A stretch of DNA of 24,331 nucleotides from a virus (Duplodnaviria; Heunggongvirae; Uroviricota; Caudoviricetes), in the IMG/VR virus record IMGVR_UViG_3300042946_000144, positions 1-24,331 of that record. One strand, 5' to 3'. This document shows positions 19,301 to 24,331 of this stretch, in pieces. Within the stretch, counting starts at the first letter, position 1, and each line of letters starts with the position of its first letter. The notes beneath the pieces were generated by a model. That model made no database searches. It saw nothing but the letters and a program-made list of their open reading frames with translations, and was not told the DNA's origin. The translations under genes were made by a program, and so were the position numbers.

Positions 19301-20374
19301 TGTAAACTCTGTAACAGACAAAACTGCCATGTTAGCCATGAATGATGCATTACCTACATCTTTTGACAACTTGTCTATTTTCTCTAAATCTTGTCCAGTA
19401 GGATCAAATCCCCAAGTATCTCTATACTCTTGTATCTTCTTTTCTCTAAAAGCAGTTGCTGTACCAATAGACTCAAAAGAAGATTCTCCTGCAGAAGAAT
19501 ACAGAGACATTATAGATCTTCTTGTAAAGTCTTGTACACCTTCTACGCGAAGGAACTGGTCTGAAACCTTCTTTAACTCAGTAGCTGCTTTTTCAATATC
19601 ATATACACTCTTAATTTCCTTCTGAAGGATTTCAGCAGCTTCTATGTTCTTACCTTGAGAGAACAGACGTGCTGCACCTTTGTTAAGATTTGAGAAACTT
19701 TTCCAAGCTTCTGTATACTTTCCAACTTTATCAAACATTCCACCAACACCTTTTCCTATAACTCCAATTCCTTTCGCAGCAAGATTTCCTGAGTATATAG
19801 CACCAACTGCAAATCCTGTATTCTTAACTAACTTATCAAATAAGAAGTTTGCAGTGAACAAGTTATCTGGAGAATACCATGCTGCATTCTTCTCATTATC
19901 TGTATAGTAGTTTGGAAGATACCTATTATCTATTTCTTTATTTATCTCATCTAATGACTCACTGATTTCATTTTGCCATACGTCAGAGAGCTTTCCTGAA
20001 AAGAAAGATTTACCTATGCCATACACAGTACCAAGACCTCCAGCAAAAGTTGTAGCTGCAAGACCAACACCTTTCAATGTTCCATTTACAGCCTTGTCAA
20101 GGAATGATTGGTTTCTACCGTGTATATCTTCATTGTTTGCTCCGTATATAACGTTGTTATATCTTCCTGTTAACAGGTCATCAACTTCAGATTGATAAAC
20201 AGTTGACTGCTTTGCACCAGTATCAATAGGAACTGATGCGAACAATGACTCAAGTGTATCTTTTGATTGTCTGTAAGCAAGACTTCCTGTTAACTGAGCA
20301 GGACCACTGTTGTCTAAAGGAACAATATTTCTTGGTCTACCAGGTAGGTTTACAGGTTTTAACTCTTCAGGCAT
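7322..20374 (-). CDS. Giant virion-packaged RNA polymerase polyprotein (4350 aa), crAss-like single-chain double-psi beta-barrel RNAP fused to ejection-type and zincin-like regions
   Basis: 13,053-nt uninterrupted ORF. Catalytic loop GSDFDIDK (D3441-F-D-I-D3445), upstream RIPTQ (R3402), TDGSG (T2981), LDKF and FKSGRKVG, downstream GKYAIGIAA and GYVDISK. DFDID in place of the cellular DFDGD is characteristic of crAss-like virion RNAPs such as phi14:2 gp66 (established knowledge). Confidence 0.93.
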   Translation of the reverse strand: MPEELKPVNLPGRPRNIVPLDNSGPAQLTGSLAYRQSKDTLESLFASVPIDTGAKQSTVYQSEVDDLLTGRYNNVIYGANNEDIHGRNQSFLDKAVNGTLKGVGLAATTFAGGLGTVYGIGKSFFSGKLSDVWQNEISESLDEINKEIDNRYLPNYYTDNEKNAAWYSPDNLFTANFLFDKLVKNTGFAVGAIYSGNLAAKGIGVIGKGVGGMFDKVGKYTEAWKSFSNLNKGAARLFSQGKNIEAAEILQKEIKSVYDIEKAATELKKVSDQFLRVEGVQDFTRRSIMSLYSSAGESSFESIGTATAFREKKIQEYRDTWGFDPTGQDLEKIDKLSKDVGNASFMANMAVLSVTEFTQLPYLLGSSYKPNKAVANAFKSTDDVMLEGGKFVAKPTSRLSKASRFVKSYIFDPKESAQEFLQTSIDVGVQDYYNKAYEGNETDDLLDAFANAGSSAATAFKESITSKEGGESILLGGLSGGLMQAKGKYGENKLRDKNTKQFLAELNTPDNTFTKAFIERTNSLQRGIKLQEESEQFVREGNKSGFLDNKHDQSYNYISTRVKYGRAEMIYDDINERRKQASTEDGYKNLQANGGAPTNLSREDYLKKLNEFENHVGEVSSLYESANIRYGGRLDAEGNRIYSDEVIDKMVYASSKINDYDKRLMELGGDISATGIDNMSINEVLRQSASWEAGDLETAVKEEAVVSAISKAVSSINSLDVADAVKDQMKEDFSDYLDMSLRRKTILQELNDIMKSPEKYKEEQAEVLPDKEITPTVKIKTRDGVKDYETGVEYFLGSVVEYDKDGNEVYKFPRLTIIGENSDGTIKIKDSSGKIRDVSKEVLASYKLGKVSSVETNENANFYLRNINNVVYWNTGKAKKGKVAGRLTYDSENDDLYFTYKDSKGKIQSVQVSLDSFKPKEGFDEGIFSFGRTLTAADQADIQNREESGKTTQDINKKRGARLEIINNLFNNLTEKFDKTSRLIQQKYTEFERITNELVAIENKIKAGEVTKKSNFKKVTANAIKAANRLSRMQEQLRLEIQELEAQRDEIEFTQSYLMDLAQNIDELPTDSREFLNEIKEQVSSLESLILSTGENINALSKIIDNTESALEKALDLVRDLIKKFESTYPNVPTIMGQEWVDFLKANPNFLKLNPNFKEDLATVEDIVAQVEDLDIVPNERTVSELRESLETIQGQLSEYEKELKAKSVILDAFEETVKKYEEQKEQERLLLKTKEIMSEILGTEYKGVQTQEFSKTYEPESKKETSILPRATAASQGKPHHDRANKFGVNLPKLKESLRNKIRGVYITASNEDQLIPGLIDHLRKNEEGVIDESIPRDQVIALVMVSLNDDGSFELVDTNGEPLKAGDNKLDSAIYQTYPTEKLEWDAKWSKSGKAESMFRKDTPAEVVNQVKEQYAAWRKATLAKSTLELHKVDASFGIAQNVKLTDSEGNTKTNFDATTSVVDAGLVTEDQLERDPVLKIPTTNDTASEGTVSFKTPLGRVFLRIPGIGLVKLKNRKLTKNEASTVYEAIYKLSKNMVDPEKGLKSEESKLLVSWLKSIIYWGTPKERPGYNSIWFDFDENSQRWMLNMSGKGKDFPFTPSSIRDNKDQILMILENMYNNVNSTLATGKDYWNKPYYEIVGFAEDGSPITRTVDGKPYWPNYQTYLLSQKGRKAEELPLSTIMRPLTSEDDVNREGVYFYTTDNADEFVITAPKKAATSAVVTPGAPKAQTATPTPTPSGDKFDLSGSSKNKMNIVDSKGTDYGSVEFSINGEEFVTTGGAKGFTPTFTGETVAALAKAKNISEDEARANIAKYVIVKLTPQLQEIQNKINKKEEPTPAPAQPAAPTDAKVIGVEYVLENKEVAIDSPSGEISTPLIDYGAASKESYEGTKVKVLSATDNTVEVEVTYPDGEKFTETFDRKDFENKVFKLTTLEGGAKPTSTTTVSDASTASLTPEEEAEMIRQASASSTDEDEEQYRLLIENEIEKFQPENWSKVEEFLKKNFPNVPVYRVKNVIQATNGRQAWGMFKDGAIYIYENAEVGTAYHEIFEAVWKMFTDENEQNAVLKEFRSRKGSFVDRVTGKTIAYKDANYQDAKEQLAEEFRDYVQEGKVPPKPNSGRPFILKLFYDLKNFIQEFFTGKKALSNTEKLFSNIGNGYYKNHFPYHVNLSYAKKGIIDINEAYADGDSEFSLIGISGKQRHEIIEHMTYKMLTDMIKNDDDLFRINEKLKREEVYARLKEDVQTIFAKNRAAFEKSIVDGKYTREQVKPSIDRQVALWKNVTSQWDEIVKKHEEYLKVYSIEFDENDEATIKSDERAKESGWGEANKIDSFRKASPAVKILLATMRVKKINEEGKAVPVKSSIGGYVLLPMSKVYISLMNNIHNSQGVEQMLEKIRKMAENDPNYRDLYTRLTKSSWETPGLDLKKVENENGLNLISAFWKTFKKQNPSVKNVFVLENGDVVVGDSNLSTAARQLQSEFRENLVAKIKGGTKYFKKSADGKKYVGVPDSLKKDKIGTIPEMVEFLKHFGIEFNKADILRLPNNQIERFKDAVGGIYKSIKDADEIVSISGKVLKMDGRLLDLGIVQAAIQNPEFESTFFNVNGERVQSYIGTNAVSELFDFLSQLPEFTKEAVEGTKYEYLFTDSFTKGSNILQRMFLKNGDRIKGSEELFKPGYVDGTVDESRGKRKESSKLNYRDRLIQEINLNLAGYYLNLVPGDASMEHMLYMGNAVSVNDLRYGLSLVNEIFKGYFMSELELSREGRNIVKLKLTDKQKKAGIKQRESSDMRFFKNILGKELHDEIVKAEGSIESVYEKFESKINAAIKNYVQKETKNFKGVLQSYNIISLTEDGFIADNLNLEDSKTGMDEIFLDRNLEALSINYMISNIEMHKLLYSDPYQYSDELKRIKNFNSPRQAILSNSPEINGVLNKVWNKGYKPGDIGYTDMTTDQFVSATMEDVQALVEIAGHQDLYKDAYEETDGSGIINFKSYRNFRIRASRWNSDEERQYRYDIAWEKNHKKLKLSPEEIELLKQGNPMVRSAYTTEKPIVSGNKNDGNPWNDIVLDKFAFYPLSYRVMMELDPESNSVKLYNKMQRDGVDYIVFKSGRKVGTTETNAVYNEDNTFNEAPFKGTVNIPFSIISVQSEVPSKDDELTRGSQVTKLITMDFMESGVPVDFADSKKSKKFTAKRYKEWITLSEEQKEERSPLYKEIKNNENLLKALTDEGYRNLLNDLGIVEKDGEFSIPEENRAKVSETLREEILKREVNDNIIDSLSGFLNGEVIIEATPAYQIVRNILYSIADREVISQKMVGGFKVQLPSTMLESVRAQKKTVNGKTAYTSDVLKFYEDKDGKRVCEIMVGRWFESDLSDEEILERMYEEKDGEKVLTEEGKKIMGGLAFRIPTQKQNSIDAFVIKKFLPREFGDNVIIPSGMVKKVGSDFDIDKLSIYLKNVFTNSKGELKAVPFFGINRTEARKKFDEMFDAGEFIKPEKLKELDRILEEERLALQDMSKESPSGKLMVNIFKDAFSEQEITDDFIKYMAKSTRKEVRDRIFEKMYKKSLQNAYVESGENLVSSKENFGQLIKPNSADQLRELSEKITEKLGFDSFDYSSTGNMLNRHFMSRLRHAFVTGKYAIGIAAVNQTNHSLNQRQPIYIDISRFDKLSADDKFWLTKGTMNPNDIDIKFEKYNKIEINGKMVPTLSMIKNANNEYISDIIGQFIDGYVDISKGPWIMELGASPNVAGTFLFLTKLGVPIDTVAYFMNQPIIRDYLRSLENSGYSYIFNATYVSEIKKDSKYAIDEEEDITEARFADIDQLPSETKLFENIGKTKFDISGRVEQQYILNEFLKYAKLAEQMFYVTQGSNFDTATINDPYLVFKKLMQLLKAQNTIISSVDEILKNSFLGNLAKRISDFRDAFSTILISDKPNVRNVMEKVLLPYVGLSDRDFVKVSQKAVSDMFDWAVQTNQEFNKLVREVMIDNGGVAKELFDFVTKVKETPGHPMENNHIVNVLTPMFSTKISDDGVNNIKVKGRDNKVYDQNSLIYAFRELRDYLNSINSPLYEGIKNLSVLQSGVSNSPISFTSLLPYEDFKEIYNKTLSKLETIPNLEEFYNLNIFERNNWNNDDVVPYMIARWGKSKKGKLYYNLPIKTIPKAIQSSIKNGDVPQLLNISMRTREAQNDIIVYRWEDNITKQKKKEMREKGDYSYIKKGLFKKVYDSTGNPFVYESPGKDGIVYLNYVYKMINAWGDSFRANEFYDVAKESVIDNNFLKVPNEAADEGIVDKFLSLKKKDGKIVSEEQLDLPEDEASLKEQISALEEKKKTKGLSPAEMTTLSKLQTELGKIIKSKC
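9180..11450 (-). other. Catalytic core of the crAss-type RNAP (two double-psi beta-barrels)
   Basis: TDGSG 11420-11434; LDKF 11168-11179; FKSGRKVG 11039-11062; RIPTQ 10157-10171; DFDID 10040-10054; GKYAIGIAA 9452-9478; VDISK 9185-9199. Confidence 0.88.
13900..14400 (-). other. Zincin-like metallopeptidase-fold domain with HExxE motif
   Basis: AWGMFKDGAIYIYENAEVGTAYHEIFEAVW (H2049-E-I-F-E2053 at 14216-14230), then EQLAEEFRDY (14057-14071) and FYDLKNFIQEFF, the pattern of the MPTase/zincin domains in phage polyvalent proteins. Boundaries are approximate. Confidence 0.8.
16650..17490 (-). other. Long predicted coiled-coil region (about 280 aa) in the polyprotein
   Basis: L/I/E/K/Q-rich heptad-like sequence, e.g. 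LSRMQEQLRLEIQELEAQRDEIEF and LRESLETIQGQLSEYEKELKAK; judged by eye. Confidence 0.7.
18920..20080 (-). other. Gly/Ala-rich hydrophobic segments at the polyprotein N-terminus (candidate membrane-inserting region)
   Basis: TLKGVGLAATTFAGGLGTVYGIG (aa ~99-121), TGFAVGAIYSGNLAAKGIGVIGKGVGG (aa ~186-212), ASFMANMAVLSVTEFTQLPYLLG, ILLGGLSGGLM. Membrane role is inference. Confidence 0.6.
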
Positions 20375-20375
20375 A

Positions 20376-23084
20376 TTATTTCTTTTGTTTCAATTTGTTC
20401 AATTCGTTTGCAATCATAGCAGGAGTAACATTCGGAATAACATTGTATATCTCATTATAGTCTGTAAAATAGACAGGGTTTCCATTAACTGTTGTTTTTA
20501 TAGGAACCATTTCTATTCTTTTAAAGTTAGACATACTTCTATCTTTAGCGTATATTGCTATTCCTAATTTACCTCCAGAAAGTGGAAGTATATCCGCAAA
20601 TGCTGTATAGTCTGAATTTGCAAGACTTCTAAATCTGTTAGATTTAATAGCAGCAGTTGTGTAAGCATTGGGATCTGTAGTGAAAGCACCTAAGTTTGTA
20701 GATCCAAATTGACTTACGTTAGCTCTTGCTCTAAGACCATCTTCTACATAAGGATTAAAAACCCTTCCAGTTATAGTTTCTAAATTTGCTTGGTCAACTT
20801 CTACAGAATGTTTTTTACCTTTTTTATCAGTTACATATATTGTACCTGTCCAAGCTTCACCTTCTTTTGTAGGTCTTTTAGCATCGTATGTAATAAGTCC
20901 ACCAGATTCTGCAAGTGCTGCTGAAATAGCATCTTGATCACCTTCTTCTAATCTTTGAGCATTAAACAGTGGAGCAAGTCTTCCTTTAGCTGCTTTTATT
21001 TCATCATCACTTCCTGATAATGTAGCTGAGAAGTTATCAGATACAACATTTACTTTTTTAAATTTATCAGAAACAGATTCGTAATACTTTTTTATATCTT
21101 TATTGCTTGCTAAACCACTTAGACGTTGTACCAATCCTTTCTGAAGTTGTTCAGCATAGTATTCAAACTCTGACCAACTTCCAAACTTTTTCTTCAATCT
21201 TTCTTCTGCAGTTCTTACACTAGTTCCTGTTTTAAGAAGACCCCCACTTTTCCAAGTGATATAATCCATTTGATCTTGTACAGTTATAGCTGGTCCTTGT
21301 GAAATCTCAATTCCTATATTCCTCTCAACCCAATTCTCAAAACCACTCTTTGAAGCAGGTTTTATCTCAGTTAAGTTTAACTTTTTAGGATCAAGTCCAG
21401 TTTCAGATTTTACTTGTCTATGTATATCTTCTGTTATAGCAAGTCTATTTGTTACATCATTATGCAACTTATTTATTTCGTCTATCTTTTCAAGATCTTG
21501 AACAGATAGCTTTATACCATTTGCTTCAGATCTATTTTTTAAATCTGTAGACCATCTGACAATCCATTGATAAGGGGTTTCTCCATTGGATTTAGCCCAG
21601 CTTTCGATATCTCTTTTTGCAACTTCTCTTGTAAAAGGTTTACCGTCTTTTGTTTTTCCATTATTCACCTTGTACAAAAATGAATAAATGGCATCAAATC
21701 CTTTAAGTTGTATTTGAGATTGTAAATCAGAAGTTATATTTTTATAACTATCTTCAGCATCAATTGGCTCACCTTTGTTCTCAGAATTAATCTCAGAAGT
21801 TGTTGTGGTGTTTATAGGTTTCTTTTTATTAGCATCAGTAGTTTCTACCTTCTTATATCTACCTGTTACAGGATCAAATTCATAATCTGCTTCAAACTTG
21901 AGTGTTTCCAACTGAAGTCTTCTTTCATCTCTTGATGCTGTGGCTAATGCTATCTTTCTATCAAATGCTTCTTTGTTCCTACTAAAGTCCATTTCTTCTT
22001 CCCAGTTCAATTGCTTTCTGAGAGGACTATCTTTCTGTTCTTTCTTAGATTTAATTGTTGTAAATCCGTTTATTAAGTTAGACGTGTAGCTATCCTGATA
22101 GTATTCTATTTTAAATTTTTCAGGATCGATTGTTGACTTTTCCTTGAGGTTTTCTAGTTTTTTTCTATTTATTTCTTGTAGCTCTTTTAGTTCTGATATC
22201 TTATTTTTAACAGCTTCTTTATTATCTGAAGATAAATTATTAGAATCTAATTGAGCCTGCAAGAACAAAAGTTCCTGATTGTTCAATGCATCCCTTTCCC
22301 CAAAATCATTTTCAAATGTTTTGTATATGCTCTCTACAGGAATGTTTCTTGTATTTGCCCAACCATCAATGTAAAGTTGCTTTTGAATATCTCCTTGAGA
22401 CATAACATTAGCAACAATAGCCTTTACCTTATCAGCGTTTGTATCAAGAGTTTCAGTTGCCATAACTCTTGCTGGAATAGGGTGATTGTTTCTATCACGA
22501 AGTATATTACCATTAACATCAGTTTCATACATTTGCTCTATATACTTACTATCTATACCAGCTGCAGCAACATTCTCTCTAATGGTCTTCATAATATCAA
22601 CGTGCTCTGTAAAAGAGTCTGAGAATTTAGCACCAGCGTTTTTATCAGTCAACCATTTATTCGCATCGTTATAGAAAAAGTCTTCATTATTTTTATCAGA
22701 CTTTCCTTTCTTCCTAGCTTCTTCCATTCTTTTTAGCTCATTTCTGTAATGAGCTGTAGAACTTACAGCATTCTGAACTGTTTCATCAGCTGCCACCTGT
22801 TTAGCCATACCAGCTACAGAGTTAACTAATTGATAGTTAGAGAAATCTGAGGCTGCAAAGGTTTGTAACTTTCCACCAAGCTCATTGAGTTTAGACTGCA
22901 GATAGTTCTTATCTACATCTTTATAGATGTCAAGACCAGCAACCTGGTCAATTTGAGATTGTATTTTTGCATATCCCTCGTCATACCTTCTCTGTTTCTC
23001 CATACCCACCTTCACCATTGCCTCTACAGGAATGGTGGAAACATAGGGATTAAATTGCGTTATTGCGTCTGTCCAACTAGCCAT
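20376..23084 (-). CDS. Putative virion cargo / ejection protein (902 aa)
   Basis: ORF track. Helical N-terminus (FNPYVSTIPVEAMVKVGMEKQRRYD...DFSNYQLV) resembles the protein that precedes crAss-like RNAP genes, from recall. First gene after the predicted promoter; 1-nt gap to the RNAP gene; no Cys. Confidence 0.8.
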   Translation of the reverse strand: MASWTDAITQFNPYVSTIPVEAMVKVGMEKQRRYDEGYAKIQSQIDQVAGLDIYKDVDKNYLQSKLNELGGKLQTFAASDFSNYQLVNSVAGMAKQVAADETVQNAVSSTAHYRNELKRMEEARKKGKSDKNNEDFFYNDANKWLTDKNAGAKFSDSFTEHVDIMKTIRENVAAAGIDSKYIEQMYETDVNGNILRDRNNHPIPARVMATETLDTNADKVKAIVANVMSQGDIQKQLYIDGWANTRNIPVESIYKTFENDFGERDALNNQELLFLQAQLDSNNLSSDNKEAVKNKISELKELQEINRKKLENLKEKSTIDPEKFKIEYYQDSYTSNLINGFTTIKSKKEQKDSPLRKQLNWEEEMDFSRNKEAFDRKIALATASRDERRLQLETLKFEADYEFDPVTGRYKKVETTDANKKKPINTTTTSEINSENKGEPIDAEDSYKNITSDLQSQIQLKGFDAIYSFLYKVNNGKTKDGKPFTREVAKRDIESWAKSNGETPYQWIVRWSTDLKNRSEANGIKLSVQDLEKIDEINKLHNDVTNRLAITEDIHRQVKSETGLDPKKLNLTEIKPASKSGFENWVERNIGIEISQGPAITVQDQMDYITWKSGGLLKTGTSVRTAEERLKKKFGSWSEFEYYAEQLQKGLVQRLSGLASNKDIKKYYESVSDKFKKVNVVSDNFSATLSGSDDEIKAAKGRLAPLFNAQRLEEGDQDAISAALAESGGLITYDAKRPTKEGEAWTGTIYVTDKKGKKHSVEVDQANLETITGRVFNPYVEDGLRARANVSQFGSTNLGAFTTDPNAYTTAAIKSNRFRSLANSDYTAFADILPLSGGKLGIAIYAKDRSMSNFKRIEMVPIKTTVNGNPVYFTDYNEIYNVIPNVTPAMIANELNKLKQKK

Positions 23085-23099
23085 AGCTTATTATGTTAG

Positions 23100-23130
23100 C
23101 AAATATAATTTGAAAAATTAAGACTACCAA
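23100..23130 (-). promoter_or_regulatory. Bacteroidota primary-sigma promoter: -33 TTG (23128-23130), 20-nt spacer, -7 TATATTTG (23100-23107)
   Basis: Minus strand reads ttcTTGgtagtcttaatttttcaaatTATATTTGctaacataataagctATG. Matches the established TTG-N(about 19-21)-TAnnTTTG Bacteroides/Flavobacterium consensus; 15 nt separate the motif from the ATG. Confidence 0.75.
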
Positions 23131-23158
23131 GAAACTATAACAGCTTCTGGTAATCTTA
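23113..23158 (-). terminator. Putative intrinsic terminator after the cargo-like gene
   Basis: Minus-strand RNA: UAAGAUUACCA-GAAGC-UGUUAUA-GUUUC-U-UGGUAGUCUUA, an 11-bp plus 5-bp stem with two G-U pairs and one bulge, followed by AUUUUU. Begins 14 nt after the TAA at 23173. Confidence 0.6.
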
Positions 23159-23172
23159 TATAACTGAATCAA

Positions 23173-24331
23173 TTAGAAACCCTTCATAGCTTTTACGATT
23201 CTACCATTTCTACCAGTGTCATCATCTTTCTTGGAAGACTTCCTAGTACCAATGATGTTACCGTTAGCATCGTATGTAAATTCATATCCTGAAGCTAATC
23301 CTCCTTTACCAGAAGATGTTCCAGATCCTCCCACTGTAGCATTAAACTTAGCAAGAGGGTTGTAATTAATTGCTCTTCCTCTATCGTCAAATCTAAAGTT
23401 ATAAAGGTTTTCGTACGTCTGTAATGTTTTGTTTTCCAATCTATTCTTAGCAATCTTATCAGAAATAGACTTAGCAGCTTCCATTGCTTGAGCTTTTGTA
23501 TTAGATCTTGCCATAGCTTGTCTCTTAGCCTGCTCATCCAGAATAGCTAGATTCTTCAACTTAGCATCGTTGAGAGTTGCTATGTTCTGATTGTAAGTAC
23601 CCATTCTCTGAGCTTGGTTATCTCTGAACTGTTGTCCAAGGATGTTTGATTTAGCTCTATTAGCTTGACCCATTATAGCTGCAGCTGCTGCAGGATCTTG
23701 TCTAGCCATTCTTTCTGCAGCTCTTGATTGTGCTGTCACTTCGTTCAGTTGATCCTGATAAGAGACATCATACGGTGTTAAGAGCTGTGGTTGATAGAGT
23801 TGTGCAGGAACTGATTCCAGCTGGTTCATTGAAAGAGCCATCATCTCTGGAGTGAGATCTACATTATAGTCAACGTCTGTAGGTCTTAAGAATGGTGTAA
23901 TTTGATTTACCACCCCAGTCCAATCAAAGTCATCCTTCTTCTTTGAAATATCTTTTTGCTTAGGTATTGGGATTGGTTTGAATTTAGGTTCTGGCATCTT
24001 TGGACCAGGGAATGGTATCGGTATAGCCTTAACTGGGTCTCTCTTCTTATCAATCAATTCATCAACCAGTCTATGATAAGGACCAACTTTTCTATCTTTA
24101 GCCAATCTCTTAGCAATCTTAACCTTTTCATCAAATGTCTTACCTTTAGCAATAGCAGCTTGTACATCTTCAAAATCCTGACCTGAGTAGTTCTCAATGT
24201 CTGATATGATTTGTCTAGCTTTAGAAGGAACACTGAACGCATCATCAACCTTTGGTTTCCAGAGCTTATTGTAATTCTTCCTTGTCCAAAGATCACTACC
24301 AGCCTTATCTAATGGATTGTAATCAATAGAT
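23173..24331 (-). CDS. Cargo-like structural protein, 5'-truncated by the window edge (at least 385 aa)
   Basis: The track's 310-aa ORF starts at a TTG (24103-24105), but the frame stays open to the window edge: SIDYNPLDKAGSDLWTRKNYNKLWKPKVDDAFSVPSKARQIISDIENYSGQDFEDVQAAIAKGKTFDEKVKIAKRLAKDRKVGPYH... Contains a Pro-rich linker and a Gln/Ala/Asn-rich helical C-terminal half. Position upstream of the RNAP block resembles crAss-like cargo protein genes (inference). Confidence 0.75.
   Translation of the reverse strand, partial: SIDYNPLDKAGSDLWTRKNYNKLWKPKVDDAFSVPSKARQIISDIENYSGQDFEDVQAAIAKGKTFDEKVKIAKRLAKDRKVGPYHRLVDELIDKKRDPVKAIPIPFPGPKMPEPKFKPIPIPKQKDISKKKDDFDWTGVVNQITPFLRPTDVDYNVDLTPEMMALSMNQLESVPAQLYQPQLLTPYDVSYQDQLNEVTAQSRAAERMARQDPAAAAAIMGQANRAKSNILGQQFRDNQAQRMGTYNQNIATLNDAKLKNLAILDEQAKRQAMARSNTKAQAMEAAKSISDKIAKNRLENKTLQTYENLYNFRFDDRGRAINYNPLAKFNATVGGSGTSSGKGGLASGYEFTYDANGNIIGTRKSSKKDDDTGRNGRIVKAMKGF

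Noticed and set aside
2395-20374. Stop-codon reassignment (TAG or TGA), known in some crAss-like phages
   Set aside because: ORFs of 13 kb and 4.9 kb are uninterrupted in code 11 and tile the window. The TAG at 2395 behaves as a normal stop; readthrough would add only 9 residues.
7322-20374. Inteins, introns or homing endonucleases in the RNAP gene
   Set aside because: No frame break, no Cys/Ser...His-Asn splice pattern and no LAGLIDADG or HNH motif seen; the only internal Cys lies in ordinary RNAP sequence.
18100-22700. Apparent AT-richer codon usage in the 902-aa gene and the polyprotein N-terminus, suggesting mosaic origin
   Set aside because: Small hand samples were inconsistent (low GC3 also occurs near 12961-13020). 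A sliding-window GC3 computation is needed.
24103-24105. TTG start for the 310-aa ORF
   Set aside because: The frame is open for 75 further codons to the window edge, so this is an internal Leu.
233-24186. The many 60-150 aa plus-strand ORFs in the track
   Set aside because: They lie antisense to long minus-strand genes, have Ser/Phe/Leu/Ile-rich shadow composition and show no recognisable motifs.
10129-24296. Short minus-strand alternate-frame ORFs (10129-10332, 14134-14325, 17509-17766, 23295-23537, 24054-24296)
   Set aside because: They are nested in other frames of well-supported genes, with no motifs or initiation evidence.
1-24331. tRNA, rRNA, IS or integrase features
   Set aside because: The window is almost fully coding, with gaps of at most 88 nt; none of these were recognisable.

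Overview
All real genes are on the minus strand, standard genetic code. The window is the virion-cargo (ejection protein / virion RNA polymerase) block plus the start of a tail-fibre block of a crAss-like (Crassvirales-type) phage that probably infects a Bacteroidota host. In transcription order (right to left): (1) a 5'-truncated cargo-like protein (at least 385 aa; the ORF track starts it at an internal TTG); (2) an intergenic hairpin terminator overlapping a Bacteroidota-type promoter (TTG-N20-TATATTTG); (3) a 902-aa putative ejection protein; (4) a 4350-aa polyprotein with Gly/Ala-rich hydrophobic N-terminal segments, beta-rich domains, a long coiled coil, a linker-flanked variable slot, a zincin-like domain with HEIFE in place of HExxH, and a crAss-type double-psi beta-barrel RNA polymerase (TDGSG, RIPTQ, GSDFDIDK); (5) a 1641-aa protein with an EEMVH zincin-like domain, a PD-(D/E)xK nuclease domain and a C-terminal hydrophobic helix; (6) a 163-aa putative fibre adaptor ending in IFDQTFDLTFN; (7) a 3'-truncated tail-fibre-like gene (at least 603 aa) with two repeat families, which the ORF track misses entirely. 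Most notable: the reciprocally altered zincin motifs (HExxE and EExxH), two of only three Cys in about 7,280 aa of cargo protein sitting at the 4350/1641 junction, a nuclease domain in a probable injected protein, and the terminator-promoter overlap. Family assignments come from motif recognition and recall, not database searches.
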